Numbered from the stretch's first letter, positions 20,150-30,740 are shown. The stretch: DNA of 64,000 nt from an archaeon 13_1_40CM_2_52_13 (GCA_001919285.1 MNHO01000049.1:17746-81745), one strand, 5' to 3'. A program made the numbers and translations. Notes: a model not told the origin generated them from the letters alone.

Positions 20150-20968
20150 TTGCATGTGGAACTGTCCAACGTGACGAAGGTCTACGAAGACCCACCTCAA
20201 ATCGTAACTGCGCTGAAGGATATCTCGTTTCATGTGAATGAAGGAGAGTTCCTGTGCATCGTGGGACCGAGCGGGTGCGGCAAGTCGACACTCTTGAGGA
20301 TGATTGCCGGACTTGATCATCCTTCCTCCGGCCAGATTCGTTTTAGGGGTGATCTCCTTACTGCACCTCACTCAAAGATCAGCATGGTCTTTCAGACCTT
20401 CGCCCTACTCCCTTGGAGGACAGTAATTCAAAATGTTGAATTCGGACTTGAGGTCCAAGGGCGACCGAGAAAAGAGAGAGCTGAGGTTGCCATGGATCTC
20501 CTGGAGATGGTGGGTCTCAAGGGATCAGAGAATCTCTTTCCAAAACAACTTTCGGGAGGAATGAAACAACGAGTCGGCATCGCTCGTGCACTCGCCATAG
20601 ATCCAGAGGTAGTGTTGATGGATGAGGCGTTTAGTGCCATCGACGAGTTCACTGCGGAATCGCTGAGAGCGGAAGTTGCTGAGATTCACAATGAGACTCG
20701 GAAGACGTTCCTTCTGGTAACTCACAACCTTCCCGAGGCGATTGAACTTGCCGACCGCATCCTTGTCCTTTCAGCCCGTCCGGCCAGAGTCAAGAGCATT
20801 GTCGGCATAGAAATGGAACGTCCGAGAATTCAGACAGACTCAGAGTTTGTAAGTATTCACCGTGACATTTTCGCTTTGCTCCAGGCGGAACTGGAAAATA
20901 GCATCATGCGCCACAGGCTCAGCGGACTAAAGGAGTTCAAGAGACTCCAAGACATGGAGGATCGCTGA
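20150..20968 (+). CDS. ABC transporter ATP-binding protein (NitT/TauT family)
   Basis: GPSGCGKST, LSGGMKQR, MDEAFSAID, VTHN. Confidence 0.92.
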   Translation: MHVELSNVTKVYEDPPQIVTALKDISFHVNEGEFLCIVGPSGCGKSTLLRMIAGLDHPSSGQIRFRGDLLTAPHSKISMVFQTFALLPWRTVIQNVEFGLEVQGRPRKERAEVAMDLLEMVGLKGSENLFPKQLSGGMKQRVGIARALAIDPEVVLMDEAFSAIDEFTAESLRAEVAEIHNETRKTFLLVTHNLPEAIELADRILVLSARPARVKSIVGIEMERPRIQTDSEFVSIHRDIFALLQAELENSIMRHRLSGLKEFKRLQDMEDR

Positions 20969-20974
20969 GATCGA

Positions 20975-21547
20975 ATGAAATTCGGTCTCGTTGTCGGGGG
21001 GGCATTTCTCCTAGTCGCTGGACTTCTGGCCTATTCCATGATTCCGAATTTTCACACAGTTCCGCTTCAGTCGGCCCAGATGGTTGTCAATCCCAGGTCA
21101 ATTCCAGTCAGCTCAGCCTCTCTGACCGAGACTCCGGAAAACGTCACCCTTGTTCCGGGCAGAGAAAACGAATTGCTCGTCAATCTTACTGTGTCCACCC
21201 AGTTAGGATTACTATCTTCGATCCAGTTCAAGTTCTTTCCCGAAGGCGCGTTCCAAAGCTGCATGCTTAATGCGGAACAGAGAGGGTGCCTCGTTAACCA
21301 GACTGTCTCAAACTCTAGCATTCGAATCCCCTTGAACGCCTCGACGACTTACTATCTCGGTTTTGACAATAGAGCTTCCAGCAGTTCAAAACAGGTGCTG
21401 GTGTCGGCAACTCTGGTTGCGAGCTCCGTTAGCACACTGGTAGCGAGAGATGGTGGATTGAATTTTGCTGGACTAGGGATGGGCTTGATTGGGCTCTTGG
21501 TCACTCTCTATGGCGTTTTTGCCAAGACCGTCATTCCTTGGGAGTGA
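20975..21547 (+). CDS. Hypothetical membrane protein (N- and C-terminal TM helices)
   Basis: Hydrophobic termini around a beta-rich domain; follows the ABC genes. Confidence 0.6.
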   Translation: MKFGLVVGGAFLLVAGLLAYSMIPNFHTVPLQSAQMVVNPRSIPVSSASLTETPENVTLVPGRENELLVNLTVSTQLGLLSSIQFKFFPEGAFQSCMLNAEQRGCLVNQTVSNSSIRIPLNASTTYYLGFDNRASSSSKQVLVSATLVASSVSTLVARDGGLNFAGLGMGLIGLLVTLYGVFAKTVIPWE

Positions 21548-23221
21548 CCGTGAACTCGAGCTCTCGTCCGGCGAGCTGGGTGATCCAAAGGGGGCAGAAG
21601 CAATTGGAGGTTCAGTCTTCTTCCTACTTCGTCTCCGGTTCAGCGTTATTCCTGTCGCAACTATTGCAAGGAGAATCGCGGCTGTTGCTGCTGTTGCGAA
21701 TGTTGGCTCTACCGTTACTCGGTATGTTGCGGTAATGACGGTGTCCGAGACAACGGAAACCCAACGCGGATTAGCCGTACTCCCGTCATTCCACGCAGCG
21801 AATGAGTTCGTCAATCCCACTTGGATTGTTGTGGAGCCCAGTGAGAGCGGTACTTCGGACTGGATATAGACCTCGTGAGGCCCGTAGTGTACTGGGAGTC
21901 TCAGTTCGTTGGACTTGTCAGAAGTCAAGTTCGCCCCGTCCACTGAGATGAGCATTCCGGGGGCAGGAGTGTTTACTTGGAGAAGTAGGAGGGGCGAGCT
22001 GGTCCTATCGACGATTATCGTGTAAGCGGTGGAGTTCGTAGCGGTGACAATTATCTTGACAAAGTTAGCAGAGTCCGAAAAGGTATTGTTGCTAGTGCAC
22101 GGCGAGGAACAAGGTCCAAACGCGGCGTCGCTGAGATCCCCGCCCGGATGAGCATCTATGAGTCTCAGATTTCCATGCCCCCCTGCAATACTTTCATTTA
22201 CCTTGTAAATTAGGAGGCCAGCACCTGGGTAATCCGAAGGGAATGGAAGATATTGATCGTAGGTTCCAACCTTTGCTCTCATCTCTAGCAGATAGTAAGA
22301 CAGAGATCCATCGGAGTTCACGCTGATTGGGATCTTGACGATCTGTATTCCCGGGGTGGGAAGTTCCAGATTGTGGACAGTTATCGTTGTCAGATTGCCG
22401 GGGTAGACCTTTCGTATGCTTGAGTTGGAGATCCATCCTAGCTTAATCTTTGACCATGATGAATGTTGCGAAGGATATGTTCCAGCTGATGGTTGGAGTG
22501 GATTCGCATTGTTTGGGTTCCATTCTCCGAGTGCCATAATCTCCCAGTAGCCGACAAAGTTGTTAACGGGGTCTATCTGCTGGGTCAGATCGTAGAGGTC
22601 CGGCAGGCCCTGAAGATGGCCAGCTTCGTGGGCGTAGACTCCGACCGGATCGGACTCTGAGACTACGGAGCTCGAGATCTGGAAGGAGTCTAGGGGAGAG
22701 GGATTGAAAACGTATCCGGGAATGGTGAACGAGTGAATATCTGTGGATGCATGTGTCATCGCTTCGTCGTTTCCGGCGTGGACTATTATCGCGTATTTGT
22801 AATCATGAAAGTTTACTCCTGCCTTGTATGCAGCCTGAAGTGAGTCTGTGACCAATTGGTTGTCGATGGATGCTGTATTGGCACTGTAGTATTCCATAGT
22901 CTGCTGTAGCGAGTACCATGGGGAGGTGGCAGAGGGGCTGAGCGTCGTTGCAAACGAGACGATTCCGTACGAATCCTCGGCGTAGTAGTTGTTCAGGCTT
23001 GAAAGAACGCTAGCTATCCGATTCGGAGAAGTGCTATTGGGCTTGTCGGAGAACCCTACGAGCACTACCAGAGTCGACTGGGCGCCGCTTATCGGGGTAA
23101 GAGGAAGCTTGGAATCCTCGATCAGTGGAGCCAGATTATGGAGTTGGATGGGGCCCATTTGAGAAATGAGAAGGGCGGTTATCACGGCTGGAGCGATTAG
23201 AAGGCTGACCCGGAAAGGCAT
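21473..23221 (-). CDS. Secreted, membrane-anchored M6 (immune inhibitor A-like) metalloprotease
   Basis: Signal peptide, IIVHAG, HEAGH..GLPDLYD, WEIMALGEWN, GLLIY; C-terminal TM followed by RRRSRKK. Confidence 0.85.
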   Translation of the reverse strand: MPFRVSLLIAPAVITALLISQMGPIQLHNLAPLIEDSKLPLTPISGAQSTLVVLVGFSDKPNSTSPNRIASVLSSLNNYYAEDSYGIVSFATTLSPSATSPWYSLQQTMEYYSANTASIDNQLVTDSLQAAYKAGVNFHDYKYAIIVHAGNDEAMTHASTDIHSFTIPGYVFNPSPLDSFQISSSVVSESDPVGVYAHEAGHLQGLPDLYDLTQQIDPVNNFVGYWEIMALGEWNPNNANPLQPSAGTYPSQHSSWSKIKLGWISNSSIRKVYPGNLTTITVHNLELPTPGIQIVKIPISVNSDGSLSYYLLEMRAKVGTYDQYLPFPSDYPGAGLLIYKVNESIAGGHGNLRLIDAHPGGDLSDAAFGPCSSPCTSNNTFSDSANFVKIIVTATNSTAYTIIVDRTSSPLLLLQVNTPAPGMLISVDGANLTSDKSNELRLPVHYGPHEVYIQSEVPLSLGSTTIQVGLTNSFAAWNDGSTANPRWVSVVSDTVITATYRVTVEPTFATAATAAILLAIVATGITLNRRRSRKKTEPPIASAPFGSPSSPDESSSSRSLPRNDGLGKNAIESDQEPNQAHP

Positions 23222-23462
23222 CTACCATCCTGGAGCGATTTCCGGTTCTCGCTTCCTCTCGGAGCGCAAAAGCAGTCTGTAACTGATTCAGTCGGAGCAA
23301 AGTTCCATAGGCATTTGCAGACCCGTTCTTTCGGTACGTTTTCTTGATGCGGGCCAAGAGGACAAATACATGACAGCCTTGTGTCAAGACTGCGGTCCAG
23401 CTAGCCTTAAATATGGTGATTCGCGAGAATCGCCGTTCATAGATCGTTCTCTGGGATTTCAG

Positions 23463-25046
23463 ATGAGTCATAGAGGTGTAGGAGTTGTTGGATACGGCGT
23501 GTATATTCCATGGGAACGGATCGAGACGGAGAAGATTGTAAGAGAACGGGAGAGAAAGCGAGGCAAGGAACTGGAAAGAGTCCTCGAGAAGGTTAGGCAC
23601 GGGCTACTTCTTAGAGAGAAAGCTCTTGCAGGTCACAACGAGGATACGATCACAATGGCCACCGAGGCAGCTGAAAACGCGGTTAGAATGGCTGGAATCG
23701 CCCCGGACGAGATTGGAAGCGTCACCGCAGGCTCCGAATCGAAGCCTTATGCGGTCGGAACGATTGCACGTCATGTCGCGTCCTTCATCGGAATGGGACA
23801 GAACGTATTCGTCGCGGATCTGGAGGGAGCATGCAATTCGGGCATGCAAGGTGTCGGGTTCATAGATTCAGAAATCCGAAGCGGTCGGATTAAGTACGGT
23901 CTCGCCATCGGTGCAGATGTCGCTCAGGCAGAGCGAGGCGATCCCTTGGAATATTCTTGCGGTGCCGGGGCAGGAGCCTACGTACTTGGCAGGACAGATC
24001 TCATAGCAACCATTGAGGATATCGCGCCCTTTTCGAGTCTATTCATGGACTTTTGGAGACGCGACCAAGCGGCGGTGCCTTCGCATTTCGGTCGTACCAC
24101 AGTCGAAGCTTACAAGTCTCATGTGATTGGCGCTATTGCCAACCTGTTCCGTAAGCACCCCGATCTTTCGCTTTCAGAGTTTGATGCCATAACCTTCCAT
24201 CAACCATCCGGATACCTACCCATGAAGACTTGCGCAGCGCTAACTGAGGACAAGATTCCCTATGTTGAGGATGAATCAATAGCTGAAAGAATGAAGCTTA
24301 CCGAACAAGACATTGAGAAGAAGGTCAAGCCTTGGCTCAAAGTCCTGGACACAGGAAACACTTATGCGGCTTCAACGCTAATCTCTCTCGCGTCCGTTTT
24401 TGACAATTCCAAACCTGGAGATCAAGTTCTAGCAGTCTCCTACGGTTCTGGAGCGTATTCAAACGCGACTTGGTTTGAGGTTCAGGACGGCATAGAGGAA
24501 AAGAGAGGGCTCACACCAACCGTCGAGGACTACATTAAGCGCAAAACAACAATAAGGATTGAAACCTATCAAGACCTGATCAAGGCTCGTCTGTCCAGGA
24601 TTAAGCAGAAGCTTGAGATCCCGAGGCTCGTCGGGGATGTGGAGCCAGTCAATGGCAAAGCCTTCACTGTTAGCCTATGCCACGGATGCGAACGAATCTA
24701 CTACCCAGCTAGAGAGAAATGTCTTGATTCCGAGTGTACCGGGGCAATGGATGTCAAACGATACCCACTAATCGCTCGATTGAAGAGCGTATCCAAATTA
24801 CCTCTCAAGAGGAGATTCACGTCCAACTTCGAACTGCTCGACCAGAACAAGGTGTTGTTTGTCGATGCGAAGATTCAGGACTTGAAGCCCGGCGTTAAAC
24901 TTGAGGGTGTGCTGCGGAGACTTGACTATGAAGGAAAGGATGGCCTGATCATGTACGGCATCGCGTACCGGCCCGTGTTCCAGGAGACCCTTGCCTTGAT
25001 CCCCAAGCCTAAGCCCTTGGTGATCGCGCCGACGCAGTACGCCTGA
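23463..25046 (+). CDS. HMG-CoA synthase fused to a C-terminal DUF35 (Zn-ribbon/OB-fold) domain
   Basis: GSESKPYAV, catalytic Cys in EGAC, FHQP, GNTYAAS, SYGSGA; then CHGC..IYYP.R.KC...C and LRRL..G.I.YG. Confidence 0.85.
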   Translation: MSHRGVGVVGYGVYIPWERIETEKIVRERERKRGKELERVLEKVRHGLLLREKALAGHNEDTITMATEAAENAVRMAGIAPDEIGSVTAGSESKPYAVGTIARHVASFIGMGQNVFVADLEGACNSGMQGVGFIDSEIRSGRIKYGLAIGADVAQAERGDPLEYSCGAGAGAYVLGRTDLIATIEDIAPFSSLFMDFWRRDQAAVPSHFGRTTVEAYKSHVIGAIANLFRKHPDLSLSEFDAITFHQPSGYLPMKTCAALTEDKIPYVEDESIAERMKLTEQDIEKKVKPWLKVLDTGNTYAASTLISLASVFDNSKPGDQVLAVSYGSGAYSNATWFEVQDGIEEKRGLTPTVEDYIKRKTTIRIETYQDLIKARLSRIKQKLEIPRLVGDVEPVNGKAFTVSLCHGCERIYYPAREKCLDSECTGAMDVKRYPLIARLKSVSKLPLKRRFTSNFELLDQNKVLFVDAKIQDLKPGVKLEGVLRRLDYEGKDGLIMYGIAYRPVFQETLALIPKPKPLVIAPTQYA

Positions 25047-25105
25047 ACATGACAGAACGGTAGGCACCCTTCCGTCCGTTTCAGCTCGACCTCCGGTCAC
25101 GAAGC

Positions 25106-26266
25106 ATGGCCATTTTCGAATCACTTTCCGAGGCCAAATTCAGAGAGAAGGTTCATCGTTTCGCTAAGGAGCACATTGCTCCGATAGCCCAAAAAGTCGA
25201 GGGGGGTTTGTTCCCCCGCGAAGTACTACAGAAACTCGGAAGGCAGCATCTCCTAGGGGCTCCTTTTTCGAAGACTGACGGAGGTGGGGGACTAGGTTGG
25301 AGCTTTGAAGTGATTGTTGCTGAGGAGATCTCTGCGGTCAGCGCGGCTACTGAAATGGCGCGTCTGGCGTCAGGCGCACTGTACGCTGCTCCTCTCGCTT
25401 ACTTTGCGAGTAGAGCGCAGAAAGATGAGTTTCTCCGTCCGGTGCTGGCAGGTGATAAGGTTGGCGCACTAGCTTTGACTGAGCCAGGGGCTGGGTCCGA
25501 CGCAGCCTCAATCAAAACGCGTGCAGAACTCAGATCGGGAGATTTTGTCCTCAACGGGGAGAAGCGTTTCATTACTAACGGCGGAATTGCCGATTTCCTT
25601 TTTGTATTCGCAGTCACCGATCCTACGAAACCTCCCAGATCCGGAGTCAGCGCCCTAGTTGTTCCAAGGGACTCCAGCGGGGTGCGAATAGTGAAGACGT
25701 ATGGTCTGCTTGGAATGCACGGCGCAAACGTCGTGCACCTTAGATTTCGAAACGCAAGAGTTCCTCAGGAGAACGTGATTGGTGGGCTCCACAGAGGGTT
25801 TCCGATACTGCTCGACGAGCTTGATAGAGAGCGGCCCGCAGTCGCAGCGGGAATGCTGGGGATCGCCCGCTCGGCCTTTGAATCTGCCGTTGACTACTCC
25901 TCGACGAGAGAGCAGTTCGGCCGTCCGATCAAGGAGTTCGAAGGGGTCAGCTTCAAACTGTCAGACATGCTCGTTAGGCTTGAGGCAGCCCGCCTACTCA
26001 TCCTCAAGGCCGTCCGCCTACTTGATGAAGGAAAGCTCGCTCGACTTGAGGGTGCGATAGCAAAGCTCTTTGCCACGGAGTCCGCCTTCGAGATAACGCA
26101 CCAAGCTTTGCAAGTCCATGGAGGAATAGGGTACACTAAAGATCTGCCGATCGAACGCTACTTCCGTGATGCCCGATTCATGATGATAGGAGGTGGGACC
26201 AGCGAGATCATGCGGTTCGTGATTCAACGAGAGATCTACCGGGAGAAAAGGCGACGGTCCTCCTGA
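25106..26266 (+). CDS. Acyl-CoA dehydrogenase
   Basis: ALTEPGAGSD, NGEKRFITNGG, REQFGRPI, QVHGGIGY, IGGGTSEI. Confidence 0.93.
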   Translation: MAIFESLSEAKFREKVHRFAKEHIAPIAQKVEGGLFPREVLQKLGRQHLLGAPFSKTDGGGGLGWSFEVIVAEEISAVSAATEMARLASGALYAAPLAYFASRAQKDEFLRPVLAGDKVGALALTEPGAGSDAASIKTRAELRSGDFVLNGEKRFITNGGIADFLFVFAVTDPTKPPRSGVSALVVPRDSSGVRIVKTYGLLGMHGANVVHLRFRNARVPQENVIGGLHRGFPILLDELDRERPAVAAGMLGIARSAFESAVDYSSTREQFGRPIKEFEGVSFKLSDMLVRLEAARLLILKAVRLLDEGKLARLEGAIAKLFATESAFEITHQALQVHGGIGYTKDLPIERYFRDARFMMIGGGTSEIMRFVIQREIYREKRRRSS

Positions 26267-26350
26267 GTGTTACTGGGAATTTTGGCGGCGAGTTACGAGA
26301 TACTTTAGTCAATTCGGGGAAATGGACAATGCGAAGAAAGGCTCTATTGT

Positions 26351-26542
26351 ATGTCCACAGTGGAGATCGAAAATTATCGATGGAAGTGCGAGAATTTCTT
26401 GAAGGGCTATTGCCCTGGCAAAGACTGTGACATCTGCGCAAAGATGACGAATAGGTTATTGCTGAAGGGGCTTGTCAAGATTACTCACGCGGATGAGATT
26501 CTTCAGCCCCAACAAGCCGCAACTCCCACCAGTCAACCCTAA
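26351..26542 (+). CDS. Small Cys-rich hypothetical protein
   Basis: 63-aa ORF with C-x7-C-x4-CDIC in an otherwise empty gap. Confidence 0.45.
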   Translation: MSTVEIENYRWKCENFLKGYCPGKDCDICAKMTNRLLLKGLVKITHADEILQPQQAATPTSQP

Positions 26543-26708
26543 GCTTTTCTTTTTTTCCGGAACCGCTGATTGAACGATAGAAGAATTGTGCAATTTATTT
26601 TCGAGGTAGGTTTATACCATCTGCTGGCCAATATAGCCTATGGATTTCAGCCACAGTCCACGCGGATATCCACAGCATTCTCGCGCCGGCCCGGGGGACG
26701 CCTAACAA

Positions 26709-26918
26709 ATGGTCGACTTCCACTATTTCATTTTCGTTATCAACGCTGACGCCGCGGTTTTCGGAGTCATAGTCTTCCTAATGAGCTACATCGCGTTAAG
26801 GCTGGTTTACAGAATGTGGCGGCGCAGCCTACGCTGCCCACACTGCGGCGAAGTCTACGCGACGAAACATATTGCGCATATCCCGGAGAAGACCCTACCC
26901 AACACTCTGTGGACCTAG
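26709..26918 (+). CDS. Small membrane protein with zinc-ribbon motif
   Basis: TM segment followed by CPHCG...H..H. Confidence 0.5.
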   Translation: MVDFHYFIFVINADAAVFGVIVFLMSYIALRLVYRMWRRSLRCPHCGEVYATKHIAHIPEKTLPNTLWT

Positions 26919-26970
26919 CGGAAAAAAACGCTGACCTACCCGTATCTTTACTCTGTAAGGGAAACTAGGC

Positions 26971-27321
26971 CTATGTTGTGCTGAGAAAGGACAGCGCGAA
27001 CTGTTTTGCGTGTCTTTCCGTGCCGCGATGTTTGCCTCCGACATTTCTCAAATGGTGGTAGAATTCGTGAATCAGCACGTAAGGGTCGTAGAGATACTCT
27101 TGGCTCGATATGTAGATCGTCTTTTGTCGATGGACATAGCAGCCTAACGCTTTCTTCTCCCCTGGGGGAAGTCCGATTCTGAGAGCAGGCATTTCTACAC
27201 GATAGTGCTTGGAGAGGAGTTCGAGCGCGTCTTCTGGACGCTTCTCGATCGAGATTAGTTGAACTACTCTGTCTTGGAATTGTCTCTCATTGAACGTAGG
27301 ATTCGACTTGAATACTGGCAG
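26971..27321 (-). CDS. Small HExxH (zincin-like) protein; start probably upstream of the ORF-track start at 27192 (CTG 27321 proposed)
   Basis: [10 protein letters not shown]...TE..A..FA; open frame upstream reads FQDRVVQLI...[11 protein letters not shown]. Confidence 0.65.
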   Translation of the reverse strand: MPVFKSNPTFNERQFQDRVVQLISIEKRPEDALELLSKHYRVEMPALRIGLPPGEKKALGCYVHRQKTIYISSQEYLYDPYVLIHEFYHHLRNVGGKHRGTERHAKQFALSFLSTT

Positions 27322-28648
27322 GTTCGTAATCTACGAGTCTCCCTGCTTGAAAGTCTTCGTACGCCTTGAGGTCCAAGAGGCCGTGTCCACAGTTGTTGAA
27401 CGCTATGACTTTCTCTTCGTTTGACTCCTTACATCTTATTGCTTCGTCGATGACGTATTTGATGCAGTGTGCGGTTTCCGGGGCCGGGATCATACCCTCG
27501 GTCTGGGCAAATGTTCTCGCCGCTTGGAAAACCTCTGTCTGATGATAGGCTACGGACCTCACATGTCCTTTGTTGATGAGGTAGCAGAGTGATGGTGCCT
27601 TTCCATGGTAACGGAGGCCTCCTGAGTGGATAGGCGGCGATACGTACTTGTGCCCCACCGTATACATTTTCAGGAGCGGAGTCATCTCCGCCGTGTCTCC
27701 GAAGTCGTAGGTGTATGTTCCGCGCGTTGTTGAGGGTACGGCCTTTGGTTCGCAGGCGACAAATTCTGCCCCAGGCTTGCCTCTCAACTTGTCTGATAGG
27801 AAAGGATAGGCGAAGCCGGCGAAGTTCGATCCTCCTCCAATGCATCCTACAATGATGTCGGGCTCGATGTCGATACTCTCGAACTGTTTCTTGGCCTCAA
27901 GCCCAATAATCGATTGGTGCAGGAGAACATGGTTCAAAACCGAGCCCAGACAATACCGAGAGTCCTCGTGAGTCACGGTATCCTCCAGCGCTTCGCTGAT
28001 CGCTATTCCCAAAGTTCCAGGATGGTCTGGATTCTGATCAAGCAAGGATTTTCCGAATTTTGTTTCCTTGCTGGGCGATGGGAAGACTTCTGCCCCGTAA
28101 GTTTCCATCATGGTTCTTCGTCCGGGCTTCTGGTCGTAGCTGACTCGGACCATGTAGACCCGACACTTCAGGTTGAAGATGGAGGAGGCAAGGGCGAGCG
28201 CTGATCCCCACTGACCGGCGCCGGATTCAGTTACTAGTCTCTGCGTTCCCTGCTGACTGTTGTAATAGGCTTGAGCCAGGGCTGTGTTAGGCTTGTGGCT
28301 TCCTGTGGGACTGAGATATTCCGCCTTGTAGAAGATCTTGGCAGGGGTCTTGAGAAACTTCTCAAGTCTCCTCGCCCGTACCAGGGGTGTCGGTCTGCCG
28401 ATCTGGATATAGGCGTCCCGAACGGTTTCTGGGATCGTGATATTCTGTTCAGAGCTGATTTCTTGGCGAATGAGCTCTTTTGCGAAGATTCTCTCCAAGG
28501 AGGTGGGATTGACGGGTTGCTTGGTCCCAGGGTCGAGCGGTGGAGGTAGAGGCTCGGCAAGATCGGCCTGAATATTATACCACCGAGTCGGGATTTCTTC
28601 CTGAGAAAGACTAACCGTCATGAGTTCCCGTTTGGCGAGCGTCTGCAA
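27287..28648 (-). CDS. trpB2: TrpB-like PLP-dependent enzyme (TrpB2)
   Basis: [47 protein letters not shown]. Confidence 0.95.
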   Translation of the reverse strand: MQTLAKRELMTVSLSQEEIPTRWYNIQADLAEPLPPPLDPGTKQPVNPTSLERIFAKELIRQEISSEQNITIPETVRDAYIQIGRPTPLVRARRLEKFLKTPAKIFYKAEYLSPTGSHKPNTALAQAYYNSQQGTQRLVTESGAGQWGSALALASSIFNLKCRVYMVRVSYDQKPGRRTMMETYGAEVFPSPSKETKFGKSLLDQNPDHPGTLGIAISEALEDTVTHEDSRYCLGSVLNHVLLHQSIIGLEAKKQFESIDIEPDIIVGCIGGGSNFAGFAYPFLSDKLRGKPGAEFVACEPKAVPSTTRGTYTYDFGDTAEMTPLLKMYTVGHKYVSPPIHSGGLRYHGKAPSLCYLINKGHVRSVAYHQTEVFQAARTFAQTEGMIPAPETAHCIKYVIDEAIRCKESNEEKVIAFNNCGHGLLDLKAYEDFQAGRLVDYEPASIQVESYVQ

Positions 28649-28726
28649 GTAGAACGTCTATGTATGTTCGTCCAGGTAACATTTTAAGCTTGCCAGTACA
28701 GTTATGTACATTAGAGTTCGGCTAGA

Positions 28727-29230
28727 ATGTGGAGCAAGATACAATCCATGTTGGAAGGACAGCCTGAGAGGCTGAAGGTGGTGCGCATAATCCTTGAGAA
28801 CGGTTTGGGACTCCGCGGAAGTGAGGTCTATCTGAATGATATCGAGATACCCGTGGTGAGAATCGCAAAGTTGGCGGGGGTCGATAGGCGGACGGTAGAT
28901 GAAACCATCAGAATGATAGAGCGTAATCCGGAGTTCAAATCGCTCTTTTCGAATCTCCGATCTGCTGGGCTCTCGCTGAGAGGGGTCGCGAAGCAGCTAG
29001 GGCTTGGTGTGGTCGAAATTATCGTTGAAGACCCTCACAAACCGGGAATCATCGCTGGAGCCACGCAGCTGTTTTCAGAACTTGGAATTAGCATTCGACA
29101 GGCCTTGGTCGATGATCCAGAATTGATCCCGGAGCCTAAACTCGTCCTAATCGGCGACAGAGCCGTCCCGGGCGAAATCATTCCCCGACTCTTGAAGATC
29201 CAGGGCGTGACAAAAGTCTCCGTTTACTAG
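28727..29230 (+). CDS. ACT-domain amino-acid metabolism regulator (COG2150-like)
   Basis: HTH-like IAKLAGVDRRTV and C-terminal ACT (PGII, ISIRQ); divergent from trpB2. Confidence 0.8.
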   Translation: MWSKIQSMLEGQPERLKVVRIILENGLGLRGSEVYLNDIEIPVVRIAKLAGVDRRTVDETIRMIERNPEFKSLFSNLRSAGLSLRGVAKQLGLGVVEIIVEDPHKPGIIAGATQLFSELGISIRQALVDDPELIPEPKLVLIGDRAVPGEIIPRLLKIQGVTKVSVY

Positions 29231-29249
29231 TGTTACTGGCGAATCTATA

Positions 29250-29297
29250 GTTACTTCAGGTAACATTTATCTGCCCCAGATGTTACCGTAGGTAACA
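29250..29297. promoter_or_regulatory. Two GTTAC-N5-GTAAC palindromic operator-like sites
   Basis: GTTACttcagGTAAC at 29250-29264 and TGTTACcgtagGTAACA at 29281-29297, 32 bp apart, flanking ATTTAT. Confidence 0.6.
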
Positions 29298-29314
29298 GAA
29301 GAGGGTCAGGCGCA

Positions 29315-30082
29315 ATGAACCTAAGACTTTCAAATGAAGATGAAGCACGAAGAGTTGAGCCACGATCGGCGCTAGACTACGAGACGTTCAGCAACAGATT
29401 CGGGGACTCGGCCAGCGACAGGGAGCTCGAGGTCTTCCAAAAATACATAGCAGCCAGGTCGCTGATGAGCAAAGGATTCGACACATATCTCGACCCCTCA
29501 CTAGAGGGAGACGACGACCGTTCAAGCATGGAAGCGGATGTTTGCGGAGTCAAGAAAGACGAGATTATCGTCGTATTCTGCTCTGCGAGTCTTCCGGAAG
29601 AGTCGGTTTGGAGCAGGATCCGGCTCATCAGCCAGTCACAGAACGCTCGATCGTTGATCTTCTCTCCTGAAGAGATCCCTCCAGACCTGATTGAGGAACA
29701 GGCCCCCGGAGCCGTAGGCACTGGGAAGTTACAGATCGAGACGCTTGGATGGTTCGAGGACACGCTAGAGCGGACTCTGCAGCAAACACTCCGCACAATC
29801 GAGCTACTGGTGAACGAGACTAGGATGAGAATGCTTGCACCGATGCTACAAAAGTCGGCTCTCAAGAGAGACTTTCGAGCGAGAATCAACCCCAAACTTG
29901 TCTACCACAACCTTACAGCACTGTCTGAAGCAGGAATTGTAGACGAACCAGTAGAAGGAACCTACGAGCTGAGCCAGCTTGGCAAGACCGTTCTACCCGA
30001 GTTCATTGCATTCTTGGAAAAGACGCGTAAGACCCTCGACGATTATCGACACAAGGAGGTGAGATCGATTGGAAGACGATGA
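29315..30082 (+). CDS. Putative transcriptional regulator with C-terminal winged helix
   Basis: C-terminal NETRMRML...LVYHNL..L...GIV....TYELSQLGK; overlaps the hsp20 start. Confidence 0.6.
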   Translation: MNLRLSNEDEARRVEPRSALDYETFSNRFGDSASDRELEVFQKYIAARSLMSKGFDTYLDPSLEGDDDRSSMEADVCGVKKDEIIVVFCSASLPEESVWSRIRLISQSQNARSLIFSPEEIPPDLIEEQAPGAVGTGKLQIETLGWFEDTLERTLQQTLRTIELLVNETRMRMLAPMLQKSALKRDFRARINPKLVYHNLTALSEAGIVDEPVEGTYELSQLGKTVLPEFIAFLEKTRKTLDDYRHKEVRSIGRR

Positions 30083-30656
30083 ATTCTTACCAGAATGGTT
30101 CAAGCGACGCTTCCGATCCCCATTGACCAATTGGTTCGACGATTTCGATCGAAACTTCGAAGAAATGTTCCGCGGGCTCGAGCTACCGAAGGATCTAGTC
30201 CGGGAGAGAAAACTGCCCGACGGAGGAACAGTTAGAGAGATGGGACCTTTTGTCTACGGCTACTCGTTCAGCATGGGACCAGACGGCAAACCAATAGTCA
30301 GAGAATTCGGCAACGTGAAACCATCAATCAAAGGAGGACCATTTGGAACCGCGAAGCCAAGCCTCGACGTCAAGGAAGAACGCGAACCTCTCGTTGACGC
30401 CATGGTTCAGTCAGACACTGTCAAGGTTGTTGCTGAACTTCCAGGCGTGGAGAAGTCGGACATTGCACTCGAGTGCGACGGACGGAACCTAGTGCTGAAA
30501 GTGGATACCGACAAGAGGCGTTACTACAAGTCCTTGGAGCTTCCCGTTGAAGTAGACCCCGATACATCGAAGGCGAGCTACAAGAACGGAGTCCTGGAGC
30601 TTGTCCTCACACGCAAGAGCCCTGGGAACAAACCCAAACAGATAAGGATCGACTAG
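30069..30656 (+). CDS. hsp20: Archaeal small heat shock protein Hsp20
   Basis: GPFVYGYS...GPDGKP.VREFGN, REPLVD, AELPGV.K, ASYKNGVL. Confidence 0.95.
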   Translation: MEDDEFLPEWFKRRFRSPLTNWFDDFDRNFEEMFRGLELPKDLVRERKLPDGGTVREMGPFVYGYSFSMGPDGKPIVREFGNVKPSIKGGPFGTAKPSLDVKEEREPLVDAMVQSDTVKVVAELPGVEKSDIALECDGRNLVLKVDTDKRRYYKSLELPVEVDPDTSKASYKNGVLELVLTRKSPGNKPKQIRID

Positions 30657-30740
30657 GCTGGTTTTCTCCAGCCTGCCGCTTCTTTTTTTGGTGTACTGAT
30701 TACCAGTTATTAACAGGTCGAAGCTGCAAAACTCTATCCT

